From assembly GCF_036321535.1 (NCBI RefSeq), contig NC_087437.1, positions 67,024,001 to 67,088,000 on the forward strand: a DNA stretch of 64,000 bases. Reading direction: 5' to 3'. The DNA is from Camelus dromedarius. Lineage: Eukaryota. Every line of letters begins with the position of its first letter. Position 1 is the first letter of the stretch. Position numbers and translations under genes: made by a program. The notes beneath the pieces are model-generated. The model made no database searches, was not told where the DNA came from, and worked only from the letters and a program-made list of their open reading frames with translations. Shown here piece by piece: positions 25,401 to 38,995 of the stretch.

Positions 25401-27699
25401 CATGCTTTTTAAAGCTTTTTACAGCCTTTTGATTTGTGTTTGTGTCCTCCAGATATATCACAGTTTCCTTAGTGAAGTCGCAGGGTATGGTGGGCACAGC
25501 CTGTGCTGGGTCTCTGTCTCTGAAATGCCGCTGGTCATGTTAGATAATTGTATCTTACACAAGAATTTGAAACCGGCTTCTGTTAGTGTTACGGTTTTTA
25601 TTTCTAATTAAGTGATTCCCTGTTGCTAACAGCAGTAATAAAAACTTAAACAATTTCATCTGAGACATTCATTACTCGATACTGCTTATACCATAGTATC
25701 TTACACGGGAAAGGTATTCAGGAAAGGTTTATGGGCCCAGAAAATATTTATTTCTCTAACTGAGAAAAAAACTTATCTTTTTGTGGCTTTACCAACAATT
25801 ACATTTGATGTTTATCACCAGTAATAAACATTATCCTAGGTAATGCTTATTTCTCTTTTTCTCTTTATTTTTGTACTTTAGAAATGTAAAAGGGTTCTGT
25901 TTGAATTGTGTTTATTTAAAAAATACTTCTAAGTTGTTTTAGTGTTTACTAGATATTTATTTAACTTCTGGTATAAATGACTCATGCACTTTAAAGGCAA
26001 TAAACAGATATATAAATAAGTATTGATTGATTTGCTTCTGGTTGAATGTTGAAAATTTCAAACTAGAAGGGGAAAACTTCTTATGCTTACAGTGGCTTTT
26101 TGCGAACATTCCTACAGCTGTCATGCAGTCCTGGAATTGTAGACCCGGAAAGCACCTTTAGTCTCTGGTTTCTCTTCTCTGCTCAGCTCTTCCTTCCTTC
26201 CCTTCCTGCCTCTATTCCTGCATGTTGTGTATAAGAAATCCAGAGAGGTAAAGTAATCTTTTCAAAACTACACAGCTTGTGAGTGGAAAAGTTTGGACTA
26301 GAACCCAGGTTAATGCTTTTTTCAATAAAGACAAATAATACAGCCAAGCGATGTTTGAGTTACTTTTTCTCTCTTGTTCACACTTATTTTAACCTCTTTA
26401 AGGTCAAACATTGTCTCTTCCTAGGGTCTTTCTGCCTCTGTCACACCACCACCTCAACAAAATACCTCACAAGAAAGTTGTACATATACCATGAGTGTAC
26501 ACAAGTGTGTATAAATAGCACATGTATTTGTGGTAGGGTTGTTTAAACACAATGGAGGTGTTGTGTACACCAAAAAAAAAATGTGTGTGTGTGTATATAT
26601 ATATGATATTCTGCCCTTAGCTACTTTTATGCTTCTGTCATGTCCTCCTATTCCAGACTGGGTAAGATGAAACAGACAAGAAAATACTCAAATTTCATTT
26701 CAGAATCTGTAGCAGCTGGAGTGAACGTCAAACAGATGGGCTTTTCCACCCTGATTATCCTAACTTCCTAAATTTAGAAATACATGCTTTAAAAAAAAAT
26801 GTAAATTACCCGAGGGGGTGGTGTAGCACATGCCAGGCAGTGCTAACGAGTGCAAATAGATGTCATCTGCTGACTTAGATGAATCTCAGCTCCCACTTCT
26901 GGGTCCCTGTTATTTTGTTCCCTTTAGATTTATGTCACCGCTTTCCTTTCTGAAAATGTAGTGTCAAACTTTTTTTTCACGTACAGGTTAATGTTATTTT
27001 AAAATGTTGAGATTTATATAGGGTCTTAAACCAAAACAGTGTTTAATGTCTTATTACTCAAAATTCCTTCAAATTGGTGGAAAAGAATAGGAAAGAGACA
27101 TTAGGTGTCTGAAGTTTCTTGTATCTTACCTTTGCGTCTAGTTGTGTGAATTTCGGCAAGATACTTCTACAATCAAATGCATGGACTAGACCCAGTGGTC
27201 TCTAACGTACCTTTCAGTAGTAAAGGTCTTTGTTTCTGTAAGTTGCCTGTATTTATAAATTATTTAGTGCAATGCTGTGGCCTTAAAATCTAGCACTGTG
27301 GCTGGCACATAGTAGATGTTTAATAAACTTTGTCAGAAGAATCAGTACAGTCTTATATTTTCAATTTACAAAATTTTCTAGGCAAATTGTTTTATTACTA
27401 AGGGTTTTATGGCCTCTCGTCCCTATTAGAAGCCCCGTTTCTCTCCTGTATCTTATAGTTAGGTCGAGGGGATTAACAATCATCCAAGGACATAAAAAGC
27501 AATAGCCCAGCAGGTGAGGAGGTTTGAATGTACACATCACCTCCCACTGGAATGTGACTTGTGTGGGGAATCACATTGTATGTAAGTGAGTACTTTGATA
27601 GAGCTGCCTTTATTCCAAACTTACAGAAGGGAAAGCAGAAAGGATCTACAAGTCCATCACCAAGGGAAATGGAATGAGGTCAGAAGTGAGTCCAGAGGC

Positions 27700-28150
27700 T
27701 ACATCCTGCGGGATGAGTAGAAATTCAGGAAGCAAGGGGTAGTGTTGAGGGGACAGGGCACGAGAGAGCTGGCCTTTCTGGGCGAGGGGAGCAGGTAAGC
27801 AGAGTTATAGAGGCGTAAAATAGTCCGAGAGCTGTGAGTGGTTTCGCATGGCTGGACGGTAGTATTCAAGGGGAGCAGAAGCTAGAGACGGGGCAGGAGG
27901 AGGGGCAAGCACAGGGATCTGGACCACCTGGTGAGCAGTGGGAAGCCTTCCCAGGGCTTTCAAGAGGAGTAACTTGCTCAGCTTTGCTCTTTTGGCAATT
28001 TGACTTTAGCAGCAGAGTGGAGAATGGACCAAGAGGGAGATCGTGAGATCAGTTTAGAGGCTGTTATGATAGTTCACGATCATGTGAGAGTCTTCATACA
28101 GGGTGATGAATTAAGTCTAAGAAGAGAGACATATTCTCAATGGAACTTTT
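27700..28150 (-). mobile_element. L2 fragment
   Basis: gcagtgggaagccttcccagggctttcaagaggagtaacttgctcagctttgc...gatcagtttagaggctgtt. Confidence 0.6.
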
Positions 28151-29114
28151 AAAAACTTGGCATAATTGCTGTTTCAAAGCTCCCTTCCCACCAAAGTGAA
28201 GACTTGTAAAGAGGGTATGTTCTTCTCAGAATGAAGGAAATATAAGGACAAAAGTATTTAAATTTGTGGGGGTTTCATTAATATATGGATACGTGTGAAT
28301 AATTGAAAGGTTATTAGAGTTGTATTAAAGCTGAAGTGTAGCCCTTTGTGTCTGTATTCTAGTTCTGTTGTTGGTGACCGGGCCAGACCTTAGAAATCTA
28401 GACAACATGGTAGAAGAAGAAATGTCTCAGTTAAATAGTACTCATCTGAGCACAAACTAAACCAAACCACTATTTTGGAGGGGGGAATATAAATTACGAA
28501 TACATTGAATGAAGCATGTAAAATCACAGTGTAGCACTTATTTGGGAATTGCATAAGGTTTGGGAAATGTCATAGTGAACATTCCCAAGAATGGCAGGTC
28601 TCTGCAACTTTCTTTTCTTGAATTTGCCTTGAGAAACTGAACCACTGATAGTTGGCCGGTTTCTCCGTATTTCTCAGAGGTCCCCAAGAATCTCTGATAA
28701 TCTCTTGGCTTCAAGACTCTTCAAAGATTCTGATGAGGTATGTCTTGCACTTCCTGGAATGGGTACTCCTCTCCCATCATCTGGGGAGGAGGGCCAGTGC
28801 ATTGGTCCCTGCTCCTCTTTCCTTTCACCTGAGACTCCCCAGGAGAGGACATTAAGCTAAGTTAGCCCTTATTAACTGTAGCTTCCCGCCCAACCGCCAT
28901 GGGGAAGTAGTGTTTAAAAATCAACGTCCCATTTATATAGGGTATTTTTGATATGGAAATGAAACATGGTTTTTTAGTTTTGTTGACATAATTACAGCTT
29001 TTACTGATGCCATGATTTTGTGGCAGGTGCTAAGAGGGTGAGTTGCCTATGACTAGTTCACTCATCACCACAAAAGAAAGACCGTCCGATGGGCATTGAT
29101 TTTTTTTTTTAAAA

Positions 29115-30650
29115 AATCCACTTTGATAAGGTACAGTTGGAGTACAAAATTCTACATCCATTTAAAAGTATGCAATTTGATGACAGTGATACATATCCAC
29201 GAACCCACTACTGCAGTCAAGATAAGGAATATTCCTACTGTTGCCTAAAGATTATCTGTCTCATTTCGCATCCCTCCCTCCGTCTGCCCCCAGGCTCAGG
29301 AAGCCACTGATTCACTTGCTGCTACTGTATGTTGGTTTGCATTTTATGGAATTTTTGTAAATGGAATCAAACAGTATGTACGCTTTTGTGCCTAGCTTCT
29401 TTCACTCAGCGTAATGATTTTGCCATGTCTCTGCACATATTGGTTTGTTGCTTTCTATTGCCAAATGGAACCCTTTTGCGTGGATATACCGTAACTTGTT
29501 TTTCCATTCTCCTAGTGAGGAAAATTCAAGTCTTTGTGTATACACATTTTCAGTCTCTTGGGGTAAATAGTTGTAAGTGGAGTAGTTGATGTTTAACTTT
29601 CTAAGAAACTACCAAACTGCTTTACAAAGCATTTGTACCTGTTTTTTTTTTTAAAACCTGCACTACCAGTGTGTAAGAGTTTTAGTTGTTTCCCATCATT
29701 GCCAAGACTTGGAACAGTCAGTCTTTTCAAATTTTAACCATTCTAATGCATGTGTAGTGGTCTATGATAGTTGCAGTGTTCTGCTTCATACTGAGATATG
29801 AGCATCTGTTGATTATCTTTTTCTTTGAGAATAGATTAAATTTTCTTAATCTTTTTTTATGTGGAGTAACTTGAGATTTTATTTTTGACATTTTGAATGT
29901 TATGTTGTGGAGACTGTTTCTGTTACCTGCTCTGAAATATATTGATTTTTTTCCCCTGTTGAAAGCAGGCATTTAACTTGATTAGACTCAAATCACAAAC
30001 TTCCGTGCCTGTGGTGGTGGTGATGGCACAGATATCAAATCAGGCTGTCTTAGCTCTGCCTTGTACATTTGTGGTTCAGGGATCAGCCACAGACTCGTGC
30101 TGTATTTGTACAAAATTCTGGCCCCTTGGCCTCTCTCCTTTGTAGGGTTTCTCCCTCACCCTCTGGTGCCAGAAAGATGACGAATTTTTCAGTTGGACTT
30201 TGGGCCGCATGTTGTGGCCTTGGCGGGTGGTGGCTCACGTCACAGCTTAGACTCCTCTTGGTCTGTCCTGCACAGACGTGGGCCATGTTTATAAAGACTT
30301 GGATGTTCTCCTTCTCTGGCGCTCTCCTTTTCAGGGTTTTCCCTCACTGGTAGCTGTGGTTTCCCTGAGCTCCCTTCTCTGGTTCTTCTGGTCATTAAGA
30401 GGATTTTTTTTTTTTTAAGTAGAAGTTTAATGGTTTAGCCCCACCACCACGACTGTGGCTATTCTCAGGGCGAAGCTGCCAACTTGAAACTTGCCCCGCG
30501 CTGGCCACATCTTCTAATGTTAGACTTCCCTTCCAAGCACGTTGGCTTTTGTTCACTTGCCAGAGCCCTCAAGTAGTTGTTTTTTTCTATGTTGTCCAGA
30601 GTTTTAGTTATTTGTGAGCAGATTAATTTGTAGAAGCTTACTATTCCATA
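29115..30650 (-). mobile_element. old L1M fragments (3' end ~29115-29780, then a 5'-type segment)
   Basis: ctttgataaggtacagttg...tgtaaatggaatcaaacagtatgtac...aagaaactaccaaactgc; then ttttgacattttgaatgttatgttgtggagac, which resembles L1M 5' regions. Confidence 0.65.
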
Positions 30651-32469
30651 CTAAACAAGCCTCGTGATGATTTTTTTCCCCAAGTACCTTTATCTCAATA
30701 ACTTCTAAATAAGAAGTTTGAATTTAATCACTCCTTAGTTCATTTTAAACTAGTATTGTTCCTTGAGTTTAAAATTGTTTACTTAAGATGACCAGATGGC
30801 CTGTTTTTGGCTACCATTATTGAGTATTGAGGTATTAAGAGAAGCACCTTGGTGTTGGCTAACGTGGGCATTGCTCCCATCTTTCTTGCCTGCCCCTCTC
30901 TTGTTGTGTTTATCATCTTTATTTCTTTTAAGCAAGGCTGCCGGGAATCCCAGTTGAATCTCGGTGACCTCATGCACACTGCTTTGCCAGGGGAAGCCCT
31001 GTTCTTGGGTACACTCTGTGCAGGGCTGTCCCCTGGCTCTGAGTCCAGCTGGCTCTGAAACAGGAGTCTGAAGGAAGGAAAACTAGCTGACAGCAGAGAG
31101 CCCCAGAGGGCAGCCTCTGGGATGCCTCTTCTCTGCCTAACTTCCTCCACTTTCCCTGCATCTTTCATTCCATCATCTCTTCTTTCACCTTGTTTGCTCA
31201 TTCCTCTTCTCCCTCCTCACCTCATTTTGCTTATTAATTTTTATTAAATTAATATTCCAAATCATATCAAAATAGTATCTTATGTTTCCTAGCCAGTGAA
31301 ACATTATCTTAATTTTTAAATTGTCTGTTTCATTTGAAGTCTAGGTATTGTATACATCAAGGTAGATGTTAGGTCTTTTGTAGAGCCGTGCCCTCCTCGG
31401 TTTGTGGGGTAGCTGCAAATAGTGTGACAAAGCAGTAAAAAGTGAGGCAGGAAAGTCTGTGAAACCTCCAAATTATGTGGAAATGGAAATACCTGGAGCA
31501 GCTAAGAGTGTAAACAAAATAACCTTTTGTTAATTCCTATCAGTTCTTTGTTTAAAGCCCTCATTTATTGCTACCACTTCTATTATTTTGGTAATATTAA
31601 GGATATTTCAGAGGGTGTTACGGAAGAAGGTGTTGGATGGGGAGAAAGCTTTAGCAGTAGAATTTCAAATGTTTTACTCTAACGCTATTGGTTGATTTCT
31701 AGAATTTATAGTCTGAGAGACTGAGCACAAGTAGATTGCAAGTAGATTAAGGAATATATACTCTTCATGCTAGATGGGCATGTTTACTTGTAAAAGAGAT
31801 TAAGCCCTAATTCAGGAAAGTCTCAGGGACTTCTTTAGAGTGAGCAGCAACGTCTGAAAGAGATCTGCAGGGAACATGGGCACAGTTAGCGTTCAACACC
31901 GTTGACTGCTTCCTCCTCCTAGAAACTCCTTGCTGCTCATTCCCCTGTTTCTCTTTCTACTTCTCTGACTACTTCTTGAGTTTCTGTGCAGGATCTTTCA
32001 ACACTCAGATTTTGACTAAGTTGCAGACAAATGCATGACAGAGGCAGGAACAGAGAAAAGGAGGAGGAAAATTGAGTTTCCTGGAAAGATTTCACAGTGG
32101 AACTTCCTTATTTGACTTAGATGTTTAAGAATTCATAAAGTGCAAGGCCACATTCCAAAGTCAACTGAAATGAGCTTTGCAGTATCTGTTGCTATATTTG
32201 TATCGACCTTCATTTCAGATTATAAATGTTGCTTTCCTTTTTCTTTTGTGTGGAGATACCTCAAATAATCTTGAGTAGGGTTCATCTTGCTTTAGTTAGT
32301 TGGGTTTTTTTTTAAACCAAGAAATGTGTATTCTTTTGGATGGAAGGCTGTCAAGATTCCAACCCACAATGATTCACTGGATAATGTTAGTCAAATTAAA
32401 CCCTCAGGAGTTTCAGCTTCCGCTTCCTTATCCATATAATGCTAAATGGAGTAGGTAAGCTTGATGGTC

Positions 32470-32960
32470 CGTTTTAGTGTTGATTCAGTGATTAGGAGGA
32501 CATCAGGGAGCTTTGGTAAGGACTTGAAGCCGAAGCATCTGGAAGGAAAAAGAAGGTAATGGACGTGGAATGCCCATTTGAGCAGCTTGACTAGAAAAAG
32601 GAGAGAAATATGACAATAGTTGGAGGAGGCAGCAAGGTCAAGGGAAGTTTTTTCAAAAGAACAAAAGATCTTTGCTTTTTTGAAGGCACAAAGGAAGGGG
32701 CCGAAGAAAAGGGAACACTTGAAATGGAAAGTGTTTGGGTGAGGGCACAAACAAGATCTTGGTGGAGGTTGAGAGATGCTTTAAGTCCAGGAAGGAGGTA
32801 CCCTGCCTCCTGTGGGATAGGAGAAAGGATGGGTAAAAAGTGGACACTCTGGTGTGGGAGAGAATTCCTTGCATTTCTTCCAGAATAGCTGAAAAGTGAG
32901 GTATTTGCCAAGAGGTGTTAGGGGAGGATGACAAAAGGAGTTAAGAAGGATAAATCTTTG
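32470..32960 (-). mobile_element. L2 body fragment
   Basis: gttgattcagtgattaggaggacatcagggagctttgg...gacttgaagccgaagc... purine-rich antisense L2 ORF remnant. Confidence 0.55.
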
Positions 32961-33474
32961 GAAGTACTGTTTAAGTCTGTCTGCTGTGATCTTGGTGAGA
33001 ATGAATAATTGGAATATCCATTTCAAGTTGGATGGTGAATCGAAAGCCAACCTTTTTTGTTCATTTTGTTTTGTACTTTTAGATTTGCAATTTCTGTTCC
33101 CCTACAACACTGGGTATCAGCTGGTCACTGGTACTGTAGTCACATTGCTTTGTTCTCATCTTTTTTTTTTTTTTTAACCTGAGACCCTGTTTCTCAAGAA
33201 CCTCCATATGAAATACTTTTTACAAAGCATTCTGTCGTTTTGAGGCAATATAAGCTAATGTGATTAAAATAAAAGTGATCTTAAATGGACTGTCTGTTAT
33301 TAAGTACTATTGTTATAAAGTTTATATTTAATATATGATTTAACATAGCATTATAAATGAAGAGACTTTTGACATTTTCAATTAATAAGTGATATACAGT
33401 GTGATTAGAAAAATCAAATATTTTCAAAACTTTTGCTCAATCACTTCTTAGGAGGATTTGTCAAGCTCATGTTT

Positions 33475-33678
33475 GAGACACGCATTATAATATATAAAAT
33501 AGATAAATAAGGAACTACTGTATAGCACAGGGAACTATATTCAATTTCTTGTAATAACAAATAGAAAAGAATCTGAAAAGAAAAAAATATATATATATAC
33601 ATGTGTAACAATCACTTTGCTGTACACCTGAATCTAATACTGTAAGTCAACTACACTTCAGTAAAAAAACTTTTTTAA
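33475..33678 (+). mobile_element. 5'-truncated young L1 3' end, sense orientation, with TSD
   Basis: ctactgtatagcacagggaactatattcaat...tcactttgctgtacacctgaa...gtcaactacacttcagtaaaaaaa; perfect 12-bp TSD aagctcatgttt at 33463-33474 and 33679-33690. Confidence 0.92.
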
Positions 33679-33984
33679 AAGCTCATGTTTATACTGCCTT
33701 TTCCTTGTTGCTCTGAGAAAATGAAGGAACCCACTATAGTTGCTGTTTCAGCCATTGATGGACCAGAGAAAGGATGTGACATGAAATTAACCCTGAGATT
33801 GCTATGTTCCAGGTGATTCCTGCAAGCATGTATTGAGCAGTTTTAAAATTACAGACATGATTGTGTTAGTTCCTTTACAAAATGATTTTATCTGTATGGT
33901 TATGTATAACCTAGTTTTTGAGGACTGTATTTTTGTAAGTGTTCATTTCTTTTAAAAATGACCTTACACATGGTTTACCTTTTA

Positions 33985-34400
33985 AAAATATTATCTATTT
34001 TAAACATTTCTTTCTTGAAATAAGGTTATATGTCCACATGGCTCAAATTTTTAAAAAAATTATTAAAAGAATACTTTATTGAAAGGTTTTCCTTGACTCC
34101 ATTCCTCCAGTATGTCTCCTTCACAGGGCAATCAGTGTTAGTTTTTTTAAAAGTATCATTTTAGAGTTTTCTCAAGCATATATAAATACATTTATAACCC
34201 ATCCCTTTTCCTACACAAGTCGTAACACACTATCTTTGTATGTTTCCTTATTTTTTTATCTCTGCATAACATATCATTGTATCGATGTACTGTAACTTAT
34301 CTTCCCTGTTCATGAATACTTAGGTGGTTTCCAATCTTTTACTATTATAAACAATGCTAAGATGAATAAACATATATACATTATTTTGCATGTGTACAGG
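33985..34400 (-). mobile_element. old L1ME-like fragment
   Basis: ccctgttcatgaatacttaggtggtttccaatcttttactattataaacaatgct. Confidence 0.55.
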
Positions 34401-35054
34401 GTTGCTGAATTTATTTTAAATTAATCATGTCAAATAAACCACCACTTGTCAAATTTTACGATGACATGCTTTTGGGCGTGAATATAGAAAGTGCAGATTG
34501 AAGTTTAAGGTTGTGTTGAGGCACTGAAAATAAAAACCTTGCTTTGTTACCCAGTGGTTGAAAGTCTAGTATTTTGTTTTATTTTTTAAAAAAGTATTTT
34601 GGTGCTTTCTTTTTGAATACAATATTAGATAAAATATTGCAAGCTGTAACTTGTAAGTACTTTTTTGGCAAATAACACATTGTGGGGACAGTCTCTATTT
34701 GCTGTAGATGAAAATCCAATTTTGATGTTGTAATTTCTGTATCTTCCCTTTTTTTTCTCCATTGGATTTTGCAATATTGGAGACATTTTGTCAAAAGTCA
34801 TAAATTTGACCAGATATACAGAGCTGGTAAAAATCATCTTGAGTTGAAGTTGCAGGATTTAATGTTTGTGCTTTTTATTGACTTCTGTTTCAATAATTCT
34901 TACGTTTTTCTTATGTTTTCTGTATTTAACTAGTGGTTCTTTATAGATATAAAATAAATGATACATGACTAAACATAAATCAGTTTGAAACCTTAGTACT
35001 GTCAGAGTCACTAGGCCGTTGTCTGTGCTCACCTGAGTAGTAAACCAGCCAAAT

Positions 35055-35103
35055 AGGTCACAAGCCGACCCCTCTTACAGGTCACAAGCATGACCCCTCC
35101 TAC
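35055..35103. repeat. 24/25-bp tandem duplication
   Basis: aggtcacaagccgacccctcttac / aggtcacaagcatgacccctcctac. Confidence 0.9.
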
Positions 35104-35514
35104 ATGCTTCCTGGATATGTAGACGTTCTCAGAAGTTGTGTTTTAAAAGTTAAACTATTTGAATAATTATTTTATCATTGACTCAAAAGTTGAATGATAC
35201 CATCACCATCTCAGTGACCTTGCAGGGTTTGTATACACTAGTTAAAAAACACTGGTATTGGGGAACATTAAGCAGGAAGAAGGATTAGGAGGTTGTAATC
35301 AGTATCCTCTACATCTGCGTTTACAAACTCTCTGGAAGCTCTTTGTGTTTATTTGTCTTGTGCAGTGTTTGATCTCAAATGCTTTTCACAGTACCATAGG
35401 AAGACCACAGTAAGTCGTCATTTAATTATTATTGTCTAAAAATCCTTGAAGCAGCCACATTCTGAGGCAGCTCTCTAGGATCAGTAGGAGAGAGGAAGGA
35501 AGATAACTTCTGTA

Positions 35515-35680
35515 CCTGTTCTCTAAACTGTTAACTTAGTGATATCTCCAGACTGAGAAATTACCTGGTGTAACTTGTCAGAATACAGACTTCCAGGCAC
35601 CACCCTAGATATACTGTCCCTGAGTCAGGAATGATTTATGATTAACTAATAGAGAAGTCATTTGGAAATTGGTGAGGACA
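35515..35680. mobile_element. MER5-like hAT MITE remnant
   Basis: gagaaattacctggtgtaacttgtcagaatacagacttccaggcaccaccctagatatactg resembles the MER5 interior. Confidence 0.5.
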
Positions 35681-35989
35681 TCAAAGAACAGAGGTATTGC
35701 AAAAGTAGTTTGAAGGAAGTGGCCACATCACAGGCTTTGCTACCAAATCACTCCTTGTAAACATCCCACCACAAATCTAATGCTGTCTCTGTGGTTTCTG
35801 CTGTCCTTGAAATGCTAACCTAGACCTGACCCAGAGCTGCAGAGTTTCAGATTAGAGAGACACTTTAATCTTTTCTAAGAAGCTGAGCTTGCTTCAAGCT
35901 TTATTAACTTAGTTCATGATTATCTAAAATAGTCTTAGTCCTGTTTACCATAGATAACTCTACTTCTGTTAGTCTTGAAATAGTGGAGC

Positions 35990-37660
35990 CAAATGTCACT
36001 GGGGTCCAGGCCCATACTGCCAGTTGCCGGTAGGGTAACTCTACACAGCTGTCCCATAGACACCTGAAGCCCAGCAGGCCTGGAACTGAACTCATCCTCT
36101 TGCCCCAGACCTGATCCTCTGTCTTTCATTCTTTCAGTGTACTAGGTACTGAGTATGCCAGGATGAATAAAACAAGACATATTCTCTGTTTTTAAACATT
36201 AAGTGCAGTGGGAATCCATCAAAGGCTTTACACGTTACAAAGATTATCTATCCCTGTGTGTAGAGTGGATTGGAGTGAGTCAAGGATCATGGTGAGGGGA
36301 CCGATTAAGAGGCTATCGGATACATCAAGGAGTGAAATGGTAGCGGCATGAACGAGTGGCGGCAGTGGCGGTAGAAGTGGTGGATACACGAAGTAAACTT
36401 TGGAGTTAGAATCAGTGGCACTTGGCGATGGGCTGAATGCGGGGGCTGAGGGGAGCAGACGTCAGAGGCGATTCCCAGGTTTCTGGCTCGAGCACTGGCA
36501 CCAGGCTGGGGCCGTATGCTGAGCTGTGGAACCCCACACTGGAGCACAGGTAAGGAGGGGTTGGGAGAAGAGTTCAACTCTAAGAATTACTAGACTTGAA
36601 ATCTCTTTAGGAAAGTCAAGTATTTCTTGTACATTTCCTCTAATCAGTGACATTATTCCTGTCCATGCAGGCTAGAAGCCCGGAGGTTATCCTTGATTCC
36701 TTCTTTTTCCTCACTTTCTACCTTCAGTAAGTCATGAAGTCTTGTCAACTCTACACCTCTTTAGAGTTTTCTGGACTCTCCTCTTGTCTTTCTCCATCAT
36801 TAGTGCATATTTTAAGCACTGATCATTTTTCCACTGGACTATTGCACTAGCTTCCTAAGAATCTCCAGACCCCCCTTACCCTCTCTTTAGTCCAGGGTTT
36901 TCCACACCTTCTGCCGAAGCACTAAGGGTTCCTTTGTGGTGAGGGTAAAAAAAGGGGCATCGTCCAGGACCTTCTTTTCCACTACTGCTTCAACTGGGGG
37001 AGCTTGGCTTTTTTATATCTCAGGATTTTGTGTAAGATTTCATTTGAAATCACATTAAAAATAATTACATAGGTAAATAAAAGCTGGAAAACTCTTTCCC
37101 TACTGAGTCTTCATCGTATCAGAGATTACTTGGATGATATTTCTGAAATAAATCTGGTTGTTTCATTCACTGCTTAAACCTTTTTTAGTGCCTCACCATT
37201 ACCTTTAGGGTAAGGTTTAAAATTTGCAGCGCATCCATAAGACCTTTCGTGATCTGGCTTAATTCCCCCAACTAATCTAACATTCTAGTCTCATTCTTTT
37301 TGTTCCCCAATTTCTTTCATTCCCTCAAGGCTCTCCGCCTTGACTGTGGTTTGCTTCCCTTCCTCCATCCCCTTTCCCACACCATTCCCTTCTGCCAGGC
37401 CTTTAAAGTGCTGCTCAGATGTTGTCATTCCTAGAAGACATTTGTGGGTCCTCTCCAGACAAAACTGATTCCTCCTTGCTCTGTACCATACTTATCCCAG
37501 TTTGCACACACAGCACTGAACGTGAATCATGTGCATACGTGTCTGTCTTAGACCTAACAGGCTATGAACCCCTTGGGCATTGAGCCCACTGTATCTTTTG
37601 TCTTGGTGTTGTAAAAACAGTCCTTGGCCTATGGTGGGCTTCAGTCAGCGTTTGTTGAAG
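35990..37660. mobile_element. L2 cluster: + strand L2 (35990-36130, 36640-37660) interrupted by a - strand L2 (~36130-36600)
   Basis: + motifs ggaactgaactcatcctc, ttatccttgattccttc, tail gggcttcagtcagcgtttgttgaa; - motifs ccaggatgaataaaacaagacat, gaggcgattcccaggtttctggctcgagcactgg. Confidence 0.65.
36893..37096. mobile_element. small hAT-Charlie MITE (Charlie4z-like) nested in L2
   Basis: Imperfect TIRs cagggttttcca ... tggaaaactctt; interior cttcaactgggggagcttggcttttt...gtaagatttcatttgaa. Confidence 0.55.
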
Positions 37661-37914
37661 TTAATAGAGCAAAAATTGGCAGCAAGTGCTGCAAGTTTTG
37701 GTAATTCTTAGAAATTCAGGGTGTGTGGAATGTAAATATTGGGTCCTTTGCTGCCCCCAGAGCCAGTCCAGTTCTAGACCAATGCTCAGGTTATGGACAC
37801 AGGTTGAGGTGAGTATAATATTTCTACTCCAAATACGCCTGGCCCCACCTGATATCAGATAACCTGAGGGATGGCTTTTAGGAGTGCATAAGAGATTGGC
37901 GGTTTGGCACAATA

Positions 37915-38995
37915 AAAAAGAAAAACTTTATTTATGTATGTAAAATTTACATACCAGAAAATCCACCCATTAACGTATGCAGTGCTTTTCAGTCTACGAA
38001 TTTGTGTACCCAACACCATAATGTAATTTGAGAGCGTTTTCAGCGCTCCAGAAAGAAAACTTGTGTCCATTAACAGTCACTTTCCATTTCTCCCACCCAG
38101 TCTAGCACCAGGCAACTTCTGGTCTGTTTTCTGTCTCTATAGAGTCGCCTATCTGGACATCTCATATCGGTGGAATCCTGCAATATACAGTCATTTGTGA
38201 CTGGCTTCTTTCACTAATAATAGTGTTTTTGAGGTTCATCCATATTTTAGCATGTATCAGAACTTCATTCCTTTTTTAATTGCTGAATAATAATACTACA
38301 TGTGTATAGATACAGATAGATAGATTTCTGTTTATCCATTCATCAGTTGGTGGACATTTGGATTGTTTACACTTTTTGGCTCTCATGAGTACTGCTGTGA
38401 ACATTTATGTACAAGTTTTTGTGTGGACACATGTTTTCATTTTTCTTGGATGCATACCCAGGAATAAAATTGCTGGATCTTGCGGCAACTCCCTGTTTAA
38501 CTGCCAAACTGTTTTCCAAAGAGGCTGCACCATTTTCCATACTCCCAAGCAGTGTATGAGGGTTTCAGTTTCTCCACATTCTCACCAACACTTGTTACTG
38601 TGTCTTTACTGTAGCCATCCTATTGGGTTTGAAGTGGTGTCTCATTATGGTTTTGCATTTTCCTAATAACTAATAATGCTCAGCATCTTTACATTTGCTT
38701 ATTGGCCATTGGCATGTTTTCTTTGGAGAGATGTCTTATTCAAAACCTTTGTCCATTATTTAATTGGGTTATTTGTCTTTTTATTATTAAATTTTAAGGT
38801 TTCTTTGTAGATGCTGGATACAAGTCCCTTATCAGACATCCGATTTACAGATGTTTTCTCTTTCTCTGTTGGCTGTCATTTCACTTTATACGTCATGTCA
38901 TTTGAAGCACAGACATTTTAAATTTTGATCAATCTAACTATTTTTTTTTACTTTATTGCTTGTGCTTTTGGTACATATCTAAGAAATCAGTGCTT
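37915..38995 (-). mobile_element. L1MB-like 3' fragment (~1.1 kb)
   Basis: aaaatttacataccagaaaatccaccc...ggcttctttcact...catcagttggtggacatttggattg...aactgccaaactgttttccaaagaggctgcaccatttt...ctggatacaagtcccttatcaga. Confidence 0.88.

Noticed and set aside
22369..35103. Short direct repeats as CRISPR-like arrays
   Set aside because: Only isolated two-copy adjacent duplications with no spacers, in a eukaryotic intron with no cas-like genes.
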